A DNA stretch of 64,000 bases. Origin: Octopus vulgaris (taxonomy: Eukaryota). The notes below the pieces were generated by a model. It saw only the letters and a program-made list of their open reading frames with translations, was not told the origin of the DNA and did not search any database. Position numbers and translations under genes: made by a program. Shown piece by piece: positions 10,851-24,190 of the stretch; positions within the stretch are counted from its first letter, which is position 1, and every line of letters starts with the position of its first letter. Location of the stretch: the NCBI GenBank assembly GCA_951406725.2, contig OX597827.1, positions 40,300,001 to 40,364,000 of the forward strand, read 5' to 3'.

Positions 10851-12660
10851 TGACAGTGGTTGTGATAGAGAAGGGAATGTGCTATCTGCATTTGAGTCTC
10901 CCTAACAATTTTCTTCATATTAAGTCTCTGTATAATGCTCTCTTTTTCTTATCATTACCATCTCACCTATTACTATTTCTTGTCTATCAATACAATTAAC
11001 GAAACCAACACATTTGATTGGTTCATGATGAATCCCCTCCTCATTACCGCCCCTGGTTTGAGCTCTCTCTCATTGTGCCCTTTTCTAGTAATCATTATTC
11101 ACATTCATCACTCCTACTCCCTATTATCCGACTTCATTCCTGTCCTTCAATCTCATATTACTCCTCCTCCACCACACGCTGACATGCATCACACCCTCTC
11201 TCCCATCACTCTTTCTCTTCCAGTTCTGCCAGCCTGTTTCCCTCCTATTTATTTTCTTTTGTCATACCACTCACGTTGTTTGTATTCAATTTCATTACCA
11301 ATAATCATCATGCAGCTGTTTATCACTCACTCACTCCCTCCCTCCCTCTCTCTTCTCTCTCCTATCATTCTGATTCTCTTCTTTCAACCTCATGCAACAC
11401 TCTTCTATTAGAACTCAGTGATGTTAATTCCATCCCATCTGCTTACCAGCAACAGTCATATAACTCTCTGTTACTCCCTTGTTCATTCTTCCTTTACCCT
11501 TTTGTTTCGGGTCCCTCTTTGTCCAGCGCTTTGGACATAGAGGAACAACACGGGGAAAACAAGTCTCTCTTTAGCTATGCTGAGGATGAGACAATTCAGT
11601 GGTACTGGGTAAAGGACAGAGACCATGTATAGTAGAAAGGATACTCTTTGGTCTTTGAAGATACAACTAATACCAGTGCCATGCTAAAATGTATCCACTT
11701 AACAGCTATAGAAACCATGCCAGAAATGAAGCAAACGAATATGGTTTCCAACCCATCCATGAAAGGAGTAACTCCAAACTTGGAATAAGATGACTCATGT
11801 CAGTAGGGACAAGAGTGATGATAATTTGTCTGCATTTGTGCATACTCACACAAATGTGTGTGTGTGTGTATCATAGTGTATGTATGTGCACATGTATACA
11901 TGTGTGGGTTATGCATGTTTGTAGCAATTGCTCATGTTTTGCACCTGTAAAGCAGCAGTATTACACATGTAGGGTTGAAGAAATTGAGTTTTGTGTTGAT
12001 TGGAAGGATAGGATTTTCGTGCTCTTCATATTTCATTACCTCTCACTGAATGTCAATGTACATCCAAGATATCTGAATTCATTGATCTTCATTCCTTCAT
12101 AATCGATTAACAGTGGAAGGTGCAGTTCAGATGATTGTTAACTGCAGGAGGCATTCTTGATAATTGTCCTTGAGTACAATCTCCATTTGACTCTAGGAGA
12201 TTGATGTCATCAGTAAATTTTAGGTCATTCAGTTGTATGTGTATGTGTGTATGTCATAATTTAATATCCATTTCCCATGGTGGTGTGAGTTGGACAGTTT
12301 GACTCCACTGCCTCTTTTGGTGTAGTTTTTACAGCAGGATACCCTTCCTAACACCAACCACTTTACAGAGTGGACTGGGTGCATTTTACATGTGTGTGTG
12401 TATCATCATCATCATCGTTTAACGTCCGTTTTCCATGCTAGCATGGGTTGGACGGTTCAACTGGGGGTCTGGGAAGCCAGGAGGCTGCACCAGGCCCAGT
12501 CTGATCTGGCAGTGTTTCCACAGCTGGATGCCCTTCCTAATGCCAACCACTCCGAGAGTGTAGTGGGTGCTTTTTATGTGCCAGACAAGGCTGGCAAATG
12601 GCCACAATTGGATGGTGCTTTTTACGTGCCACTGGCATGGAGGCCAGACGAGGCTGGAGG

Positions 12661-12713
<53 letters not shown>

Positions 12714-12867
12714 TATATATACATACATACAAGAGCAAAAAAGAATATAGTCGTAACTTGCTGAAGACCCAGTGTACACACAGAATGCATAGTAGCAAGC
12801 GATTGACTTGATCAAGATAAAATATTAATCTCTACTATGGTATCAATATATTTTTTTTACAACAGTC

Positions 12868-12898
<31 letters not shown>

Positions 12899-13672
12899 GA
12901 TGGATGTGTGTGAGTGAGAGAGGTTTGTGTATCATCACCATTTTTCTGTGCCAGTAAGAGTAGGATGGGCCTGACTACTCATAATGATTAATCACTGGTA
13001 CATATAACTGGAATAACCAGTCATTTTGTTCTTTTTTATTCAAATTTCATTGTAAGGCTAAACTGTAAAGTTTACCTTGGATATTAAATTATGTACATTT
13101 GCATGTGTGTGTGTGTCAGATTTAAAAATTTTTAAATGTTTAAACTGCTTGTCATAGATTGGCTAGAACAAAACTGACTTGTCAAAATCCTTGGATATAC
13201 TGAAGTGTCCTCCTTTGGCAGACATTTACTCAACACTTAAAACTAGACTTAATTGCTTCAGTAATGACCTGTCACCAGAATGATAGAATAGATTATCTGA
13301 ATATATTGTTAACTAGACATTGGCTTGTCTTGTCTAATAGTTACTGTCTCTCTGTTTCTCCTCTATATATTTATTTGCACTTATACTCTGTGTGTATCCT
13401 AGATTTTAGAATAGGTATGCCATTTTAGAATAGATATTCATGTCATGAAACACTGACTTAGTCCTGTAAAACCATGCCAGCATGGAAAAGTAGGCATAAA
13501 AATGACAGTGATGCACACGCATCGTCTAAGGGTGTTTGGTTTTTAATATAAAGTGTTTAAATTCTGTATTATGCACATGCATAGACAAAATTTTGTTATA
13601 ATTTTAAAACTATTTTAAACTATATCTATGTTTTGATATCATTAAATCCTTATAAACACCCACACGTTTGCA

Positions 13673-13718
<46 letters not shown>

Positions 13719-13791
13719 TTTTGAATACATTCTTGTGTTGGTTTAACCAAGTTTTATATTTTCTGTTTTTGTCTGTTTTATTTTTCTTCAG

Positions 13792-13854
13792 GACCAACTG
13801 ATGCACTGGGGTCCGGGAGCAGTTGATGAGGTTCTGGCATGTCGCCAGTCATAG
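13792..13854 (+). CDS. C6orf62: C6orf62 homologue last coding exon (DQLMHWGPGAVDEVLACRQS*)
   Basis: Long pyrimidine tract plus cag acceptor. QLxHW motif as in the family C-terminus. TAG at 13852-13854, followed by A/T-rich 3'UTR-like sequence. Confidence 0.9.
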   Translation, partial: DQLMHWGPGAVDEVLACRQS

Positions 13855-14669
13855 ACTGAAGTGTTTCATCGCCACCGTGTCTTGTCAGCACTATAAATTG
13901 GCTCCCGCTTCACATACAAAGAATAAAGAACAATTAACAACACCAACAACAACCCCAGTTCATCTTAACCTCTCTGCTACTGTACTCCTTTCTGATCATT
14001 CAGTTGTCTCTTTTTCTCTGTGTCATCTTAATCTGATGAGATGTGCTGATTTGATATGGTGGTGTGGTGCAGTAAGGTACGGTGTATAGTGCAGTGACAT
14101 AAAGAAGTACAAAAAAAGAGCAAAAACAACTATAATAACTAAAACAACATACAAAAAAAAAAGACCATATGAAACTTTTTTCATTTCATTGGCTAAAAAA
14201 AAAAATGAAAAAATGAAACAAATGAAAAAAAAAAAGACTGTTGGACTTTGAAAAAAAATGAAACACTTGAAAATTTCATTAATTTTTCTGTTTTTTTCTT
14301 GGAGTTACATGTTTATAAAAGAATTTTTTTTTCCATTTTGATTTTTCAATTTTTTTCATTTTTAAAACTTTTTTGTTTTTTTTTAAATTTCAAAATGATT
14401 GAAGAAGGAAATGATTGAATATCAATTGGCAGTTAGATTGGTATTGTTTTGTTGTAGACCTAGTTTTCTAAACTTTTCCTATTTTATAATTATTATTACT
14501 TTTATTAGTGATTAGTATTAATAGTAATAATAACTTATTGGTGGCTTTTTGTCAACGTAAGATATTATTATTATGAGCTCTTGGTTAAATTCTATTAAAG
14601 CAATTTTACATTTACACTGCTTAATTTCCATTGAATAGATACATATGTATAGAATATTATTTTTATTAA

Positions 14670-14889
14670 GGCGGTGAGCTGGCAGAATTGTTAGTGCATC
14701 AGACAAATGCTTAGTAGCATTTCTTCTGGCTGTTTATGTTCTTAGTTCAAATCCTGCCGAGGTCAACTTTGCCTTTTATCCTTTCAAGGTTGATAAAGTA
14801 CCAGTTAAGTACTGGGGTTAATGTAATCGACTAATCCCCTTCCCTCTAAAATTGCTGGCCTTGTGCCCAAATCAAGAAGAATTATTATT
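14670..14889 (+). mobile_element. tRNA-derived SINE (Nin-domain-like) in the C6orf62 3' region
   Basis: ggcggtgagctggcagaa head, gttcaaatcc B-box, gtcaactttgccttttatcc core, (ATT)n tail. Confidence 0.8.
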
Positions 14890-15428
14890 GTTATAATTTA
14901 CGACTGCTATATAGTAAAATGCCATACAGAAAGTTTCGAGTTTCAGTTTCACCACTTAAGCTGCTACTGCTCTTTGAGATTTGCATGGGTGTCACAGAGT
15001 CTCTCATTTCATTTTACTTAGAAGTTATTGAAGCCTTCTGCTTAATTAAGAAATCATTGTTAGAAGTTATATTGTGAAATTAATAATTATGAGTTAAGTA
15101 TTAAGTCTTTGTCAATTGTTTTCAGAGCAATAACATTAAATGAAGATAATCTGTATCCATCGAGATCCTTCTGCAAATATTGTCAATGAAGAACAGTTAT
15201 CACACTAAGGAAGGATCATGGGTTGGCATCAGTTGCTGCTTAGATTAGTGTTAAAATCCCTCCAAGGTTATCTTTAAGCATTAGTTCTCTGGAATTGTGG
15301 TATTTGTATCAGACTTATGCAGGCTTACATTCAATTCTAGAACTCTCATAGAATAGATTGGTGATACATACTCACATACATTATGTATGTAATACATATG
15401 TATAGAATATATGTATATATTGTGTGTG

Positions 15429-15464
<36 letters not shown>

Positions 15465-16083
15465 TGTATGTGTTTATATATAAATATACTCTCATATGTA
15501 TATATGTGTATGTATATATATATATATATATAGCTATGTCTCAATAAATTTCTTGTTTAAATTCTTCAATGATTTTGAAAAACAAACTTTTTCTTCTTTC
15601 CAATATAATTTAATTTCTTTTTGTTTTGCATTGCAAACTTTTATTTATCTTTATGACCCATAATTGAACATCTTGAATAGAAAACAAAAAATACATAACA
15701 TAAAATGAATACTTGTGAATTTTTTTTTTTGTGGACATTCACAGTTATTTCAATATTTATGTTTATAAATTTTTTTGGAGTCAATTAATAATTTAAAACG
15801 TTTGTTTTGTTTATATAAGACATAAACAAACCAAAACAATATATAGTTATGAAAATTTTGAGTTATTCTTCAGAAAAATAAAACCAAAGTAAATGTTTGT
15901 GCTCCAGTGCTTAGGGTACAAGCACATTCATATTTTTAAGTATAGACACTAAATCAACAAATCCTGGGCAGCCTCATTCTTTAATTGAAATAAATGATTA
16001 AAAAATTTATCACAATGAAAAGAGTAAATTCAGTGATAGTTTTTAGGAAAACGTTTACACATACACACGCAACTCTCTCTTCA

Positions 16084-16129
<46 letters not shown>

Positions 16130-16250
16130 CCAGCATGGCCACAGCTCATTAGCTGAAACTGGAAAAATCAAAAATCAAAATCAAATATAATGTATTATTT
16201 TGTTATTGGGAAGTTCAGCAAAAAATGTTTGATCCAGTGAGAGATAAATA

Positions 16251-16512
16251 TCATTTAAATTACATAAGATTTAAATTTGAGCTACTATTAGTTTCATGCT
16301 GTGAAAGCATGTTGGTTGGGGGGCAAGCTTGTATAGCATACTGTGTGTTTCCAAGCAATCTTTCAGACTTAAATATACAACATGGCTATTGTATACGTTG
16401 AGTCCGAAAGAATGCTTGGAAACACTTGGCATGCTATACAAGCCTGTCTAACTAACCATTGTGTTTTCTTAGCAGAATAGTAGCTCATTTAAATCTTGTG
16501 TTTATTAAATGA
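16251..16512. repeat. Long palindrome/hairpin (~260 bp)
   Basis: Arms gcttgtatagcat/atgctatacaagc, gtgtttccaagca/tgcttggaaacac and tgagctactatt/aatagtagctca, centred on a ~8-nt loop at 16381-16388. Confidence 0.88.
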
Positions 16513-17903
16513 GATGTGTGTGTGTACACACCCATATATATAGATGCATGTATTTAAGATATGGAATTTCATTTTACGATTGCCTTTAAAACTTAATTCT
16601 TGCTTCTTTCTCCCTTCTAACAAGCTGTTTTATTTCTCACACTCTTAATTGCTACATTTGCTCTCTCTCTCTCTCATGTACTACACACAAATACAACTTT
16701 CTAGACAGCAAATAAAAAATGTTAGTCAAACATTAAGCTAATTTTGCTAACGAAAGAAATGAGAGATATGTTCTCAGAATTTCCTGTTTGAGTTTGGTGT
16801 CGTTTTTATTTTGTCTCTGTTTACCCACTTTCTTTTCTCTAAAGATAAGAAGTGCCCCTTTATATTAGAATATATATTATCAAGAATTAATTGCCTGCTT
16901 TTTTTTTTAATTTTTATTTTTTAAAAATATATCTTAATTTGAATTAAATATAGTATTAAATAAGGTTTCAGACTACCTGTTTATAGGTGGAGCATGTTCA
17001 AAATCTGCAAATTTTCTCTTAGTGTCTCTATTGGCGGTTGGTTTGGCACGTAATTTGACTTTGCCCCTCAGTTCATCTACTTGTCGTTTAGGGAGGGAAG
17101 GGGGGAATAAGTAATGTGCTTTTATTGGGAGGAAAAACTTAGCTGTGATACACTTGCACCCTATCCCAAGTGGTGGCGGCGGCAATGGGTGAGAGAATTT
17201 TTTTTCTTCTTTCGTTTGCCTAAAAATCATAAAAATCAGGGCTAATTAACTGCCCAGCAGCCATTAATAAACAACTGGTTTTGGACACAATATCAATACA
17301 GGTCACTACTAGTATCATCCTAACTTGCGGGTGGAAGGGGACAGGGGCCATGATTAATGCCAAGGTAACCAGAGCTAAACACACTCATCTCAGAAACACA
17401 ATCATTTTTGTGATTTTTAAAAGGATTAAGTTTTTTTTTTAATTAAAATTATTTTTTTTAACTACTGTCTGTATAGTTAAATAAAACTTCAAACATGAGA
17501 ACAACAACAAAAAAAATGCTAAAAACATAACTGACTTTCTCTTTTTTTTGTTTTAATTTTTTTTAATATTGTTTTTGTTTCTTTTTCTTTTCTCTTCTCT
17601 CTGGAAGTTAAAATAGGTTTGGTCAGATTCCATCCTTAATTTTCTTCCTTGCCATAAATGAAAAAAAAATATATATATATAAAGGGAAAAAAAATTCTAA
17701 GGTCGTTGTAGCGTACAAAAAAAATTACAGTTTCAGATGGTGCATAACTTCTGCAAGCTGCTCTGTTTCTTTGGCACCATGAAATGCTACTTTGGAACAT
17801 GACTGAGGAAGTGTACATTCAGTTATCTATCAATCTATCTATATATAGTTGAAATTTTCAAAAAAGCAAAAGATGAAGACAGGTGTATGAATAGAGAAAT
17901 ATA

Positions 17904-17962
<59 letters not shown>

Positions 17963-19405
17963 GTTTGACATTTTCTGTACTGGATTGAAATACAAAGTTG
18001 AAATATTGTGTATTGCAGACTTATCCAACCCATGCCAGCATGGATAGAGTGTGGAAAATAGGCTGCAAATTCATGGTATTTTTAGTTGTAATTTCATCCT
18101 CTGTCTTCCTTGTTTTCTTTGTTTGTTTTTTTTGTCCTGTCTTCGTCTTGTCTCATTAGTCTCTCATGTCTCTAACTGCCATTTCTCTCTGCTCACTTAA
18201 ACTTCCTTGTTTCTCTCTCTCTCTCAAGTGGATAATGTACTGTACTACCAGCCAGTTAGTCTTGTCTTTCATAACTAATACAGGTGAGTACATTTCATTG
18301 TACATATTGTATGTGTATGGTCTTCTATATCTCTCTGGGGTAAAACACCCCAAAATTTATGTTCTTATTTCATTATTTAATGTTTTCCTTCTTGCTGTTT
18401 TTGTTGTATGATTTTAAAAAAATGTCTTATTCATTCAGTTTGTTGACTGCTCAAATTTGTGGCCCAACAAAAATTATAATTATTATTACTTGCGTTAGCA
18501 TCACCACAAACCTGTTTTTGCCATTTTTTGGGCAATGCCTATTAAATGTCGTCCATGTCTTTTTATTTTATTTTATTTTCTCTGGCAGTTCTTATAATTG
18601 AGTAGAAACAAGTTATTTCTTTATAATATGAAGACATTGGAAGAGTTGTCAACATGTTAAATATTAATTTTTAAGTATCATTTGCATATCAACAAAATTA
18701 CTTTTGTGATAATTTTTCAGGCTATTAACCTCATTTTTAATAGTCTGAAGAGTCCTTATCTTCTTAAAAACTGTCAAAATTACTGCTGTGGTATTTTCAA
18801 TTTTTAGTTTCAACCAAGCTATCATTTGAATAGTTTTGCATAGAAATTTCTTTTATCTGATGATGTTAAGTTTATTGCTAAGAAGATAAAAAAATATCTG
18901 AACTGATATTGCTACTAAGACTCTGTTGCTAATGACAAAGATTTTTCAATTTGGCAGGTAATATTTTTTCTTCAGAGAAGCTTTTTAGTCTGTTGACCTG
19001 ACATTTAGTGTATTACTGGTACTTTATTTACCTCAAAAGGGATATAGCTCCTGAGTGATGGAAAATATGTAGTCATGATTTTATTATTATATAGCTACAT
19101 CTTGATAAGTTTTCTTAATTTCTTACAATGAAACTAAGACTCATTTGCTGGTAAATTTATATAACAATATTTATGGTTTTCCCTATGATTGAACTTTTTA
19201 GTAATATTTTCTTAACATCAGACATATTTTTTAAAGGATGTCAATCCTCTTTTAATTACCAGTTGTCATTTGTACTAACACCAACTTACATTTATTGTAA
19301 AACATCTTTATTGAATGCTGTTACTATTGGTTGCCATAAAAGATAAGATTGTGTTGTGGCATTTTAATGCACAGATGAACATAGCATGATATTTTGTTTT
19401 TTATA

Positions 19406-20037
19406 TAGGCAATCCCTGGGTTACAAATGAATTCCATTCTTGCATCTCTAAAGTATGGTTCTTTTGCATCCATTAATCAAATGCTTGTCTTAGTATATAT
19501 TTTACCTTAACATCTTAGACATAATAATTCAGTAATAATAATAATAATATCATAATAAATAAATGTAACTACGGTATTTGTAATCAAGAGTTTCTAGCTA
19601 TAAAAACTATTTAAAATTATCTTAAACAGTTTATATAGGGTGGGAAAAAGCTTATAGCTTTCAGAGCCTTCTCACTTAGTCCTTAAGAATTATCCCAATC
19701 ATTGACCAACTATAGCTTCATGCTTTTCTAATGTTTCTTGGTTTTTCATCTCTCTCAAATCACTTAATTGTTCTCACTTTTATTTCTTTAATGATTGCTT
19801 GAGTTTTCCATGATGCATCATCATTGCTTGCTGTATTTATGTGATCTGGTAGCACTGGCATAGCAATGTCTTTCCTTAACTTTAGGGACTGTTGAGAATG
19901 CTCTGTTTTGATAAATTTTAAAAAAATAGTCCACTTGTTTTTGTTATTACCAGCCATTGTATGTAACTTGAATTTTTAATATAGCAGGTATTACAAATGT
20001 CAGATCATAATTATGTTCATAATCCAGAGACTGCCTG
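19406..20037 (-). mobile_element. Tigger/pogo-like non-autonomous DNA transposon with degenerate CENP-B-type HTH
   Basis: TIRs taggcaatccctgggtta / taatccagagactgcctg with TA on both sides. Minus-strand remnant KTQAIIKEIKVRTIK*FERDEKPRNIRKA*SYSWSMIGIILKD. Confidence 0.75.
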
Positions 20038-21119
20038 TATATATGTGTGTCTTATTGCAAAGTTTATATACTTTTTGAGGGGGATTGACTTAATGTTTGA
20101 AATTTTGAGTGGCTGTGATAAGTTTGCATTCAGTACTTTTGTCACAGTTAGGCATTAGACCTTAAGCTAGACTCTTTCTACTTGACTGAACACTAGTTAA
20201 TTAAAAAATTGGAAAACAGAAAATCCAAACATTACTGCTTCAACCCAGTTCTCTCACATTCCATTTGTGAAGCCTATGAAAATTCTCAAAAACATTTAGA
20301 TTTTTTTGTATCTCTTTGTCATGGTTTATCTCAGGTAAACTTGTTCAATCTTTCGCTGGCCTAATTTTGCCATGGAATCCTTTAAAAGTTTTTTTTTTAA
20401 CCATTGTAGGTGTTGCAGGGAGATTTGAGCTTCTTGGCAGTCCTTTTCAAGATCTCTTGGGAAGGATGTATTGGAGTGAGTCTTATACAGTTTACTCCAA
20501 CTCCAATTGAAATACTTCAGCTTGACTCAGTGCTGCAAGTTAGTAAGATGTGAAGCAGTTGTTTAGTATATAGTGCTCCTGCTGTTTGCATTTATTGGCT
20601 GCCTTCACTTATAGTATCTATTTGCAACTAGGTGGCAAGCAGTCATATAACTGTAGGAACACTACTGAATACTTTATTTCCATGTTATTTATCTCAAGCC
20701 AAGTCAGCCTAGTGGTATTCCTCCCAAGGGTATATCTTGTATGTATATACATGTACACAGAAGGAAAAGACCTTGGTGCTGTTCGTTAATAAAGTATTAA
20801 TTGCACTTAAGCAGTAAGTTTGCTTTTATGTGATGGTGCCTAGTTTCAAATAGGCAATCTGGTCCATTGACTTAAGTACCTTGGACACACACATTGCAGT
20901 GCTGGTGATAAATCACAATACATATCTTTATCCTTACTTTATTTTTTACTGATGTACTTATTAACTTGGCCATCTGTAAACCTTAACATGAAAGGCCATT
21001 TTATTGAGTAGAAATGGTTCCTTTGTGTGTGACCCTTAACTTTTAATGGTTCCAAGAGAACAGTGTTTTTTGGGTTTTTCTATGATTGACTATGGAAATA
21101 TTTTGTATATTGTTGGAGA

Positions 21120-24100
21120 AGAATGCAATGGATTGAAGAATCATTAGAGCATTGGAAAAATACCTTGCAGTATTGACTCTGGCTCTTTAGTTTCTGAGTT
21201 CAAATCCTGCTGAGGTTAACTTAGCCTTTCATCCTTCCAGGGTTATTAAAATAAAGTACCTATCAAGTAATGGAGTTAATGTATCAACCCTTCCTCTCAA
21301 AAGTATTGGTCTTGTGCCTAAACTAGAAACCATTAGTAGAGCAGTTAGCAGAGGCAGGAGTGTTCTGTACAAAATTCCTTGTGGTATGTAATGTCCTTTG
21401 ATGTTAAGATCAAATCTTGTCAGGGTTGTTTGCTTTTCATCCTTTGATTTTGATAAACTAAGTACCAGTCAAGTACTGGGCTTGAAGTCGTCATCATTGT
21501 TATGGTCTAATACTATGACATTCACTGAATGACATCATACATCTGGGAAGAATCAACAGGGTACTTGTTTATTGATGGGCTTTTTGACATTATTACTGCT
21601 ACTGGTGGTGGTGTGTATCCCTCTCACCAGTAGAATTGTGGGTGTATTGAACCCAGCACTGCAAGCATAACGAAACATTTGTCAATAAATTATTGTCCCT
21701 GTGCCTTCCCAGTGTACTTACCTAGAGATAGGTCTACTGAATTGGTGAAAGTTAAGTGTGTTTACCATATAAACTGTACAGCACCAGTGATGGGATACAA
21801 ACTGGTCAACACTTAGCTCAAGCAACTTTGCCAGCTGCAATTGTCTTTATGTGTATGTTCACTATATGTATATATGTGTGTGTATGCAAAAGGCATGTCA
21901 GTTATTTTGAATCACTTTTTATTAGCTTGTATTTTCTTTTAAAGAATTATTTGGGCAGTCAGTTGGTATAAGTAGTAATGGGCGAAACACATTGCAATGT
22001 TTAGTTGTGTACTTTGATATTTTGAGTTCAAATTCTGCTGAAATTGATTTTGACTCGCATTTTTATGGGATCAATCAAAGAAGTAACACTTGAGTACTGG
22101 GTTAGGGTACTCTTACTGTGTGTGTTGTAGTGATTAGATATCCTTAGTATTACTTGGGCAGTGAGTTGGCTAAATCAACACCTTATTAGAAAAAATGGTG
22201 TTTAATGGTATTCACTCTTGTCTTCCTTGAGTTTAGAATTCAAATTGAGCTGGGATTGATTTTGTCTTTCATCTTTGAAATTCATAAACAAGTTTTAGTT
22301 ATGCCTCTTTGCTACAAATTCATGACTTCATGACTGAGAAAATGTTACTACAGAAGGTGGTGGATTGGCAGGAGTTGATATATTCGACTCTAACTCCCAA
22401 TTTCAAGCCTCTTATGTTAGAAACAGTTATATAATACTATTGTGTGGTGCTAAGATTTTGTCTAATTGATGGATTAACTGAATGACTTTCCATAATTCTG
22501 GGATGAACCATTGGGACACTGTTTGTTAATGTACCTATGATAATTCTGTCATTAGTACTAGTTTTGTTCTTCATCTTCTCTTTGGTAGAAGCACAGGTGT
22601 AGTATTGAACTTAGTACTAAAATGTAAAGGAAACATTTAGTTAATATGTAATTCCTGTTTCCTAGAGTACTTATCCAAAGGTAGGTGTTTTGTCATGTAA
22701 ACAATACAGCACCAGTCATAAGATACAGACTGTTGACTTGGCAACCGTTTGTCCAAGTCACTTGGCCAGTTCTGAGCTCAGATGCTGCCAAGGTTGACTT
22801 TGCCTGTCTTCCTTTTGGTATTGGTAAAATAAGCACCACTTGAGCATTGGTGGGCATTGATGTACTTGACTTATCCCACTCCCACAAAATTTCTGGCCTT
22901 GTGCCTATAGTAGAAAGAATTATTATGGTAGATTAGCAGGATCATTAGTGTTGGAGAAAATGCTCGAGGTATTTGTTCTTAGTCTTTACATTCTAGTATC
23001 AAATCTCACCAAGGTCAAATTTGCTTTTCATCTTTTCTGAGTCAGTAAAATGAAGCACCAGTCAAGAACTAGAGTAAATGATGTCAACTAAAATTTACTA
23101 GTACCTATATTATAAACAACTACTAATTTTATTATTGAAGGCAAAATTTGTAGATTTACTGATAAAGTAGTTTGCAGTATTTAGCTTAATCCCATTATAT
23201 TCGGAGATCATAAATTCTGTCAAGGTCAACTTTGCCTTTCTTTCACCCTTCCTTGGGTTAATAAAGTAAAGTATCTGTTAAGTATTGATGTTGCTTAATA
23301 AATACTTTCCCTTTTCATATTGTATCTTCGTGACTGTCAGAAATCATTTTTTGAAAAATAATTTTACTTCCAGATGTTATTTTTCTCAAGGACATTTTGC
23401 AGTGTCAGAAAATCCGGTGTCTTTTTTTTTGAATTTAAAAAAAAAACTTTTTTAAAATATAGGGCATTATCATAATTGAAAAGCATATTTATTATTAATA
23501 TTAAAGTGATGAGCTGGCAGAATCGTTAGAACATGGGACGAAAGTCCTTGCAGTATTTGTTTTTGAACCTTTACATTCTGAGTTCAAAACCTATCAAAGT
23601 CAACTTTGCCTTTCATCCTTGCAGGGTCAATAAAAATAAGGTGCCAGTCATGTACTGGCTTTGTCCCTAAATTAGAAAGAAATTATTGTTCCTGCAAAGG
23701 ATTGGTAGAATCATTAGAACAGCAGAAGGAGGTGGACTGGCAGAATTGTTAGTGTTGGGAAAAATGTCTTGGCTCTTCACTTTCTGGGTTCAAATCCTGC
23801 TGACATCAATTTTTTTTTAATCGTTCAGGAGGTGCTGGGCATCAATAACATGAGGCGCCAGTCATGTCCTGGGTATGATTCAATAGACTAACCCCTGTCC
23901 ACCAAATTTTCTGGCCATATGCTTCTTAAAAATTACTATTGGATTTGCTTCAGCAGTAAATATACTAAGGTTATTTTTATTAATAAGACACAGTCCACTG
24001 GTAGAAGTCATACTGGACTAAAATACATAGAGGTATATAGTTAGGATTCTCATCAAGGTCCATTTTTTGCCTTTCATCTTTCAGTTGATGAAATATGTAC

Positions 24101-24190
24101 CAAGTGCTGGTGTATTGGAGCATCGCTTCCATGTCACCTTTACAAATTTGTTGCCTTGTGCAAATGTAAGAAATAATTGTTTTTGTTATT
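21120..24190 (+). mobile_element. Cluster of about 10 degenerate same-orientation tRNA-derived SINEs
   Basis: Repeated gagttcaaat...gtcaactttgcctttcatcc...aagtaccagt...ccttgtgcc units roughly every 200-300 bp. Confidence 0.75.

Noticed and set aside
10935-11632. 158-aa and 118-aa ORFs
   Set aside because: Pyrimidine-rich low-complexity repeat sequence lacking stops by composition, inside a C6orf62 intron.
12749-12805. Sense-strand hammerhead-like string cttg-CTGAAGA...GAA-tgcatag-TA-gcaag
   Set aside because: No paired stem II, incomplete GAAA and an off-register stem I. Too decayed to call, though it may be a remnant.
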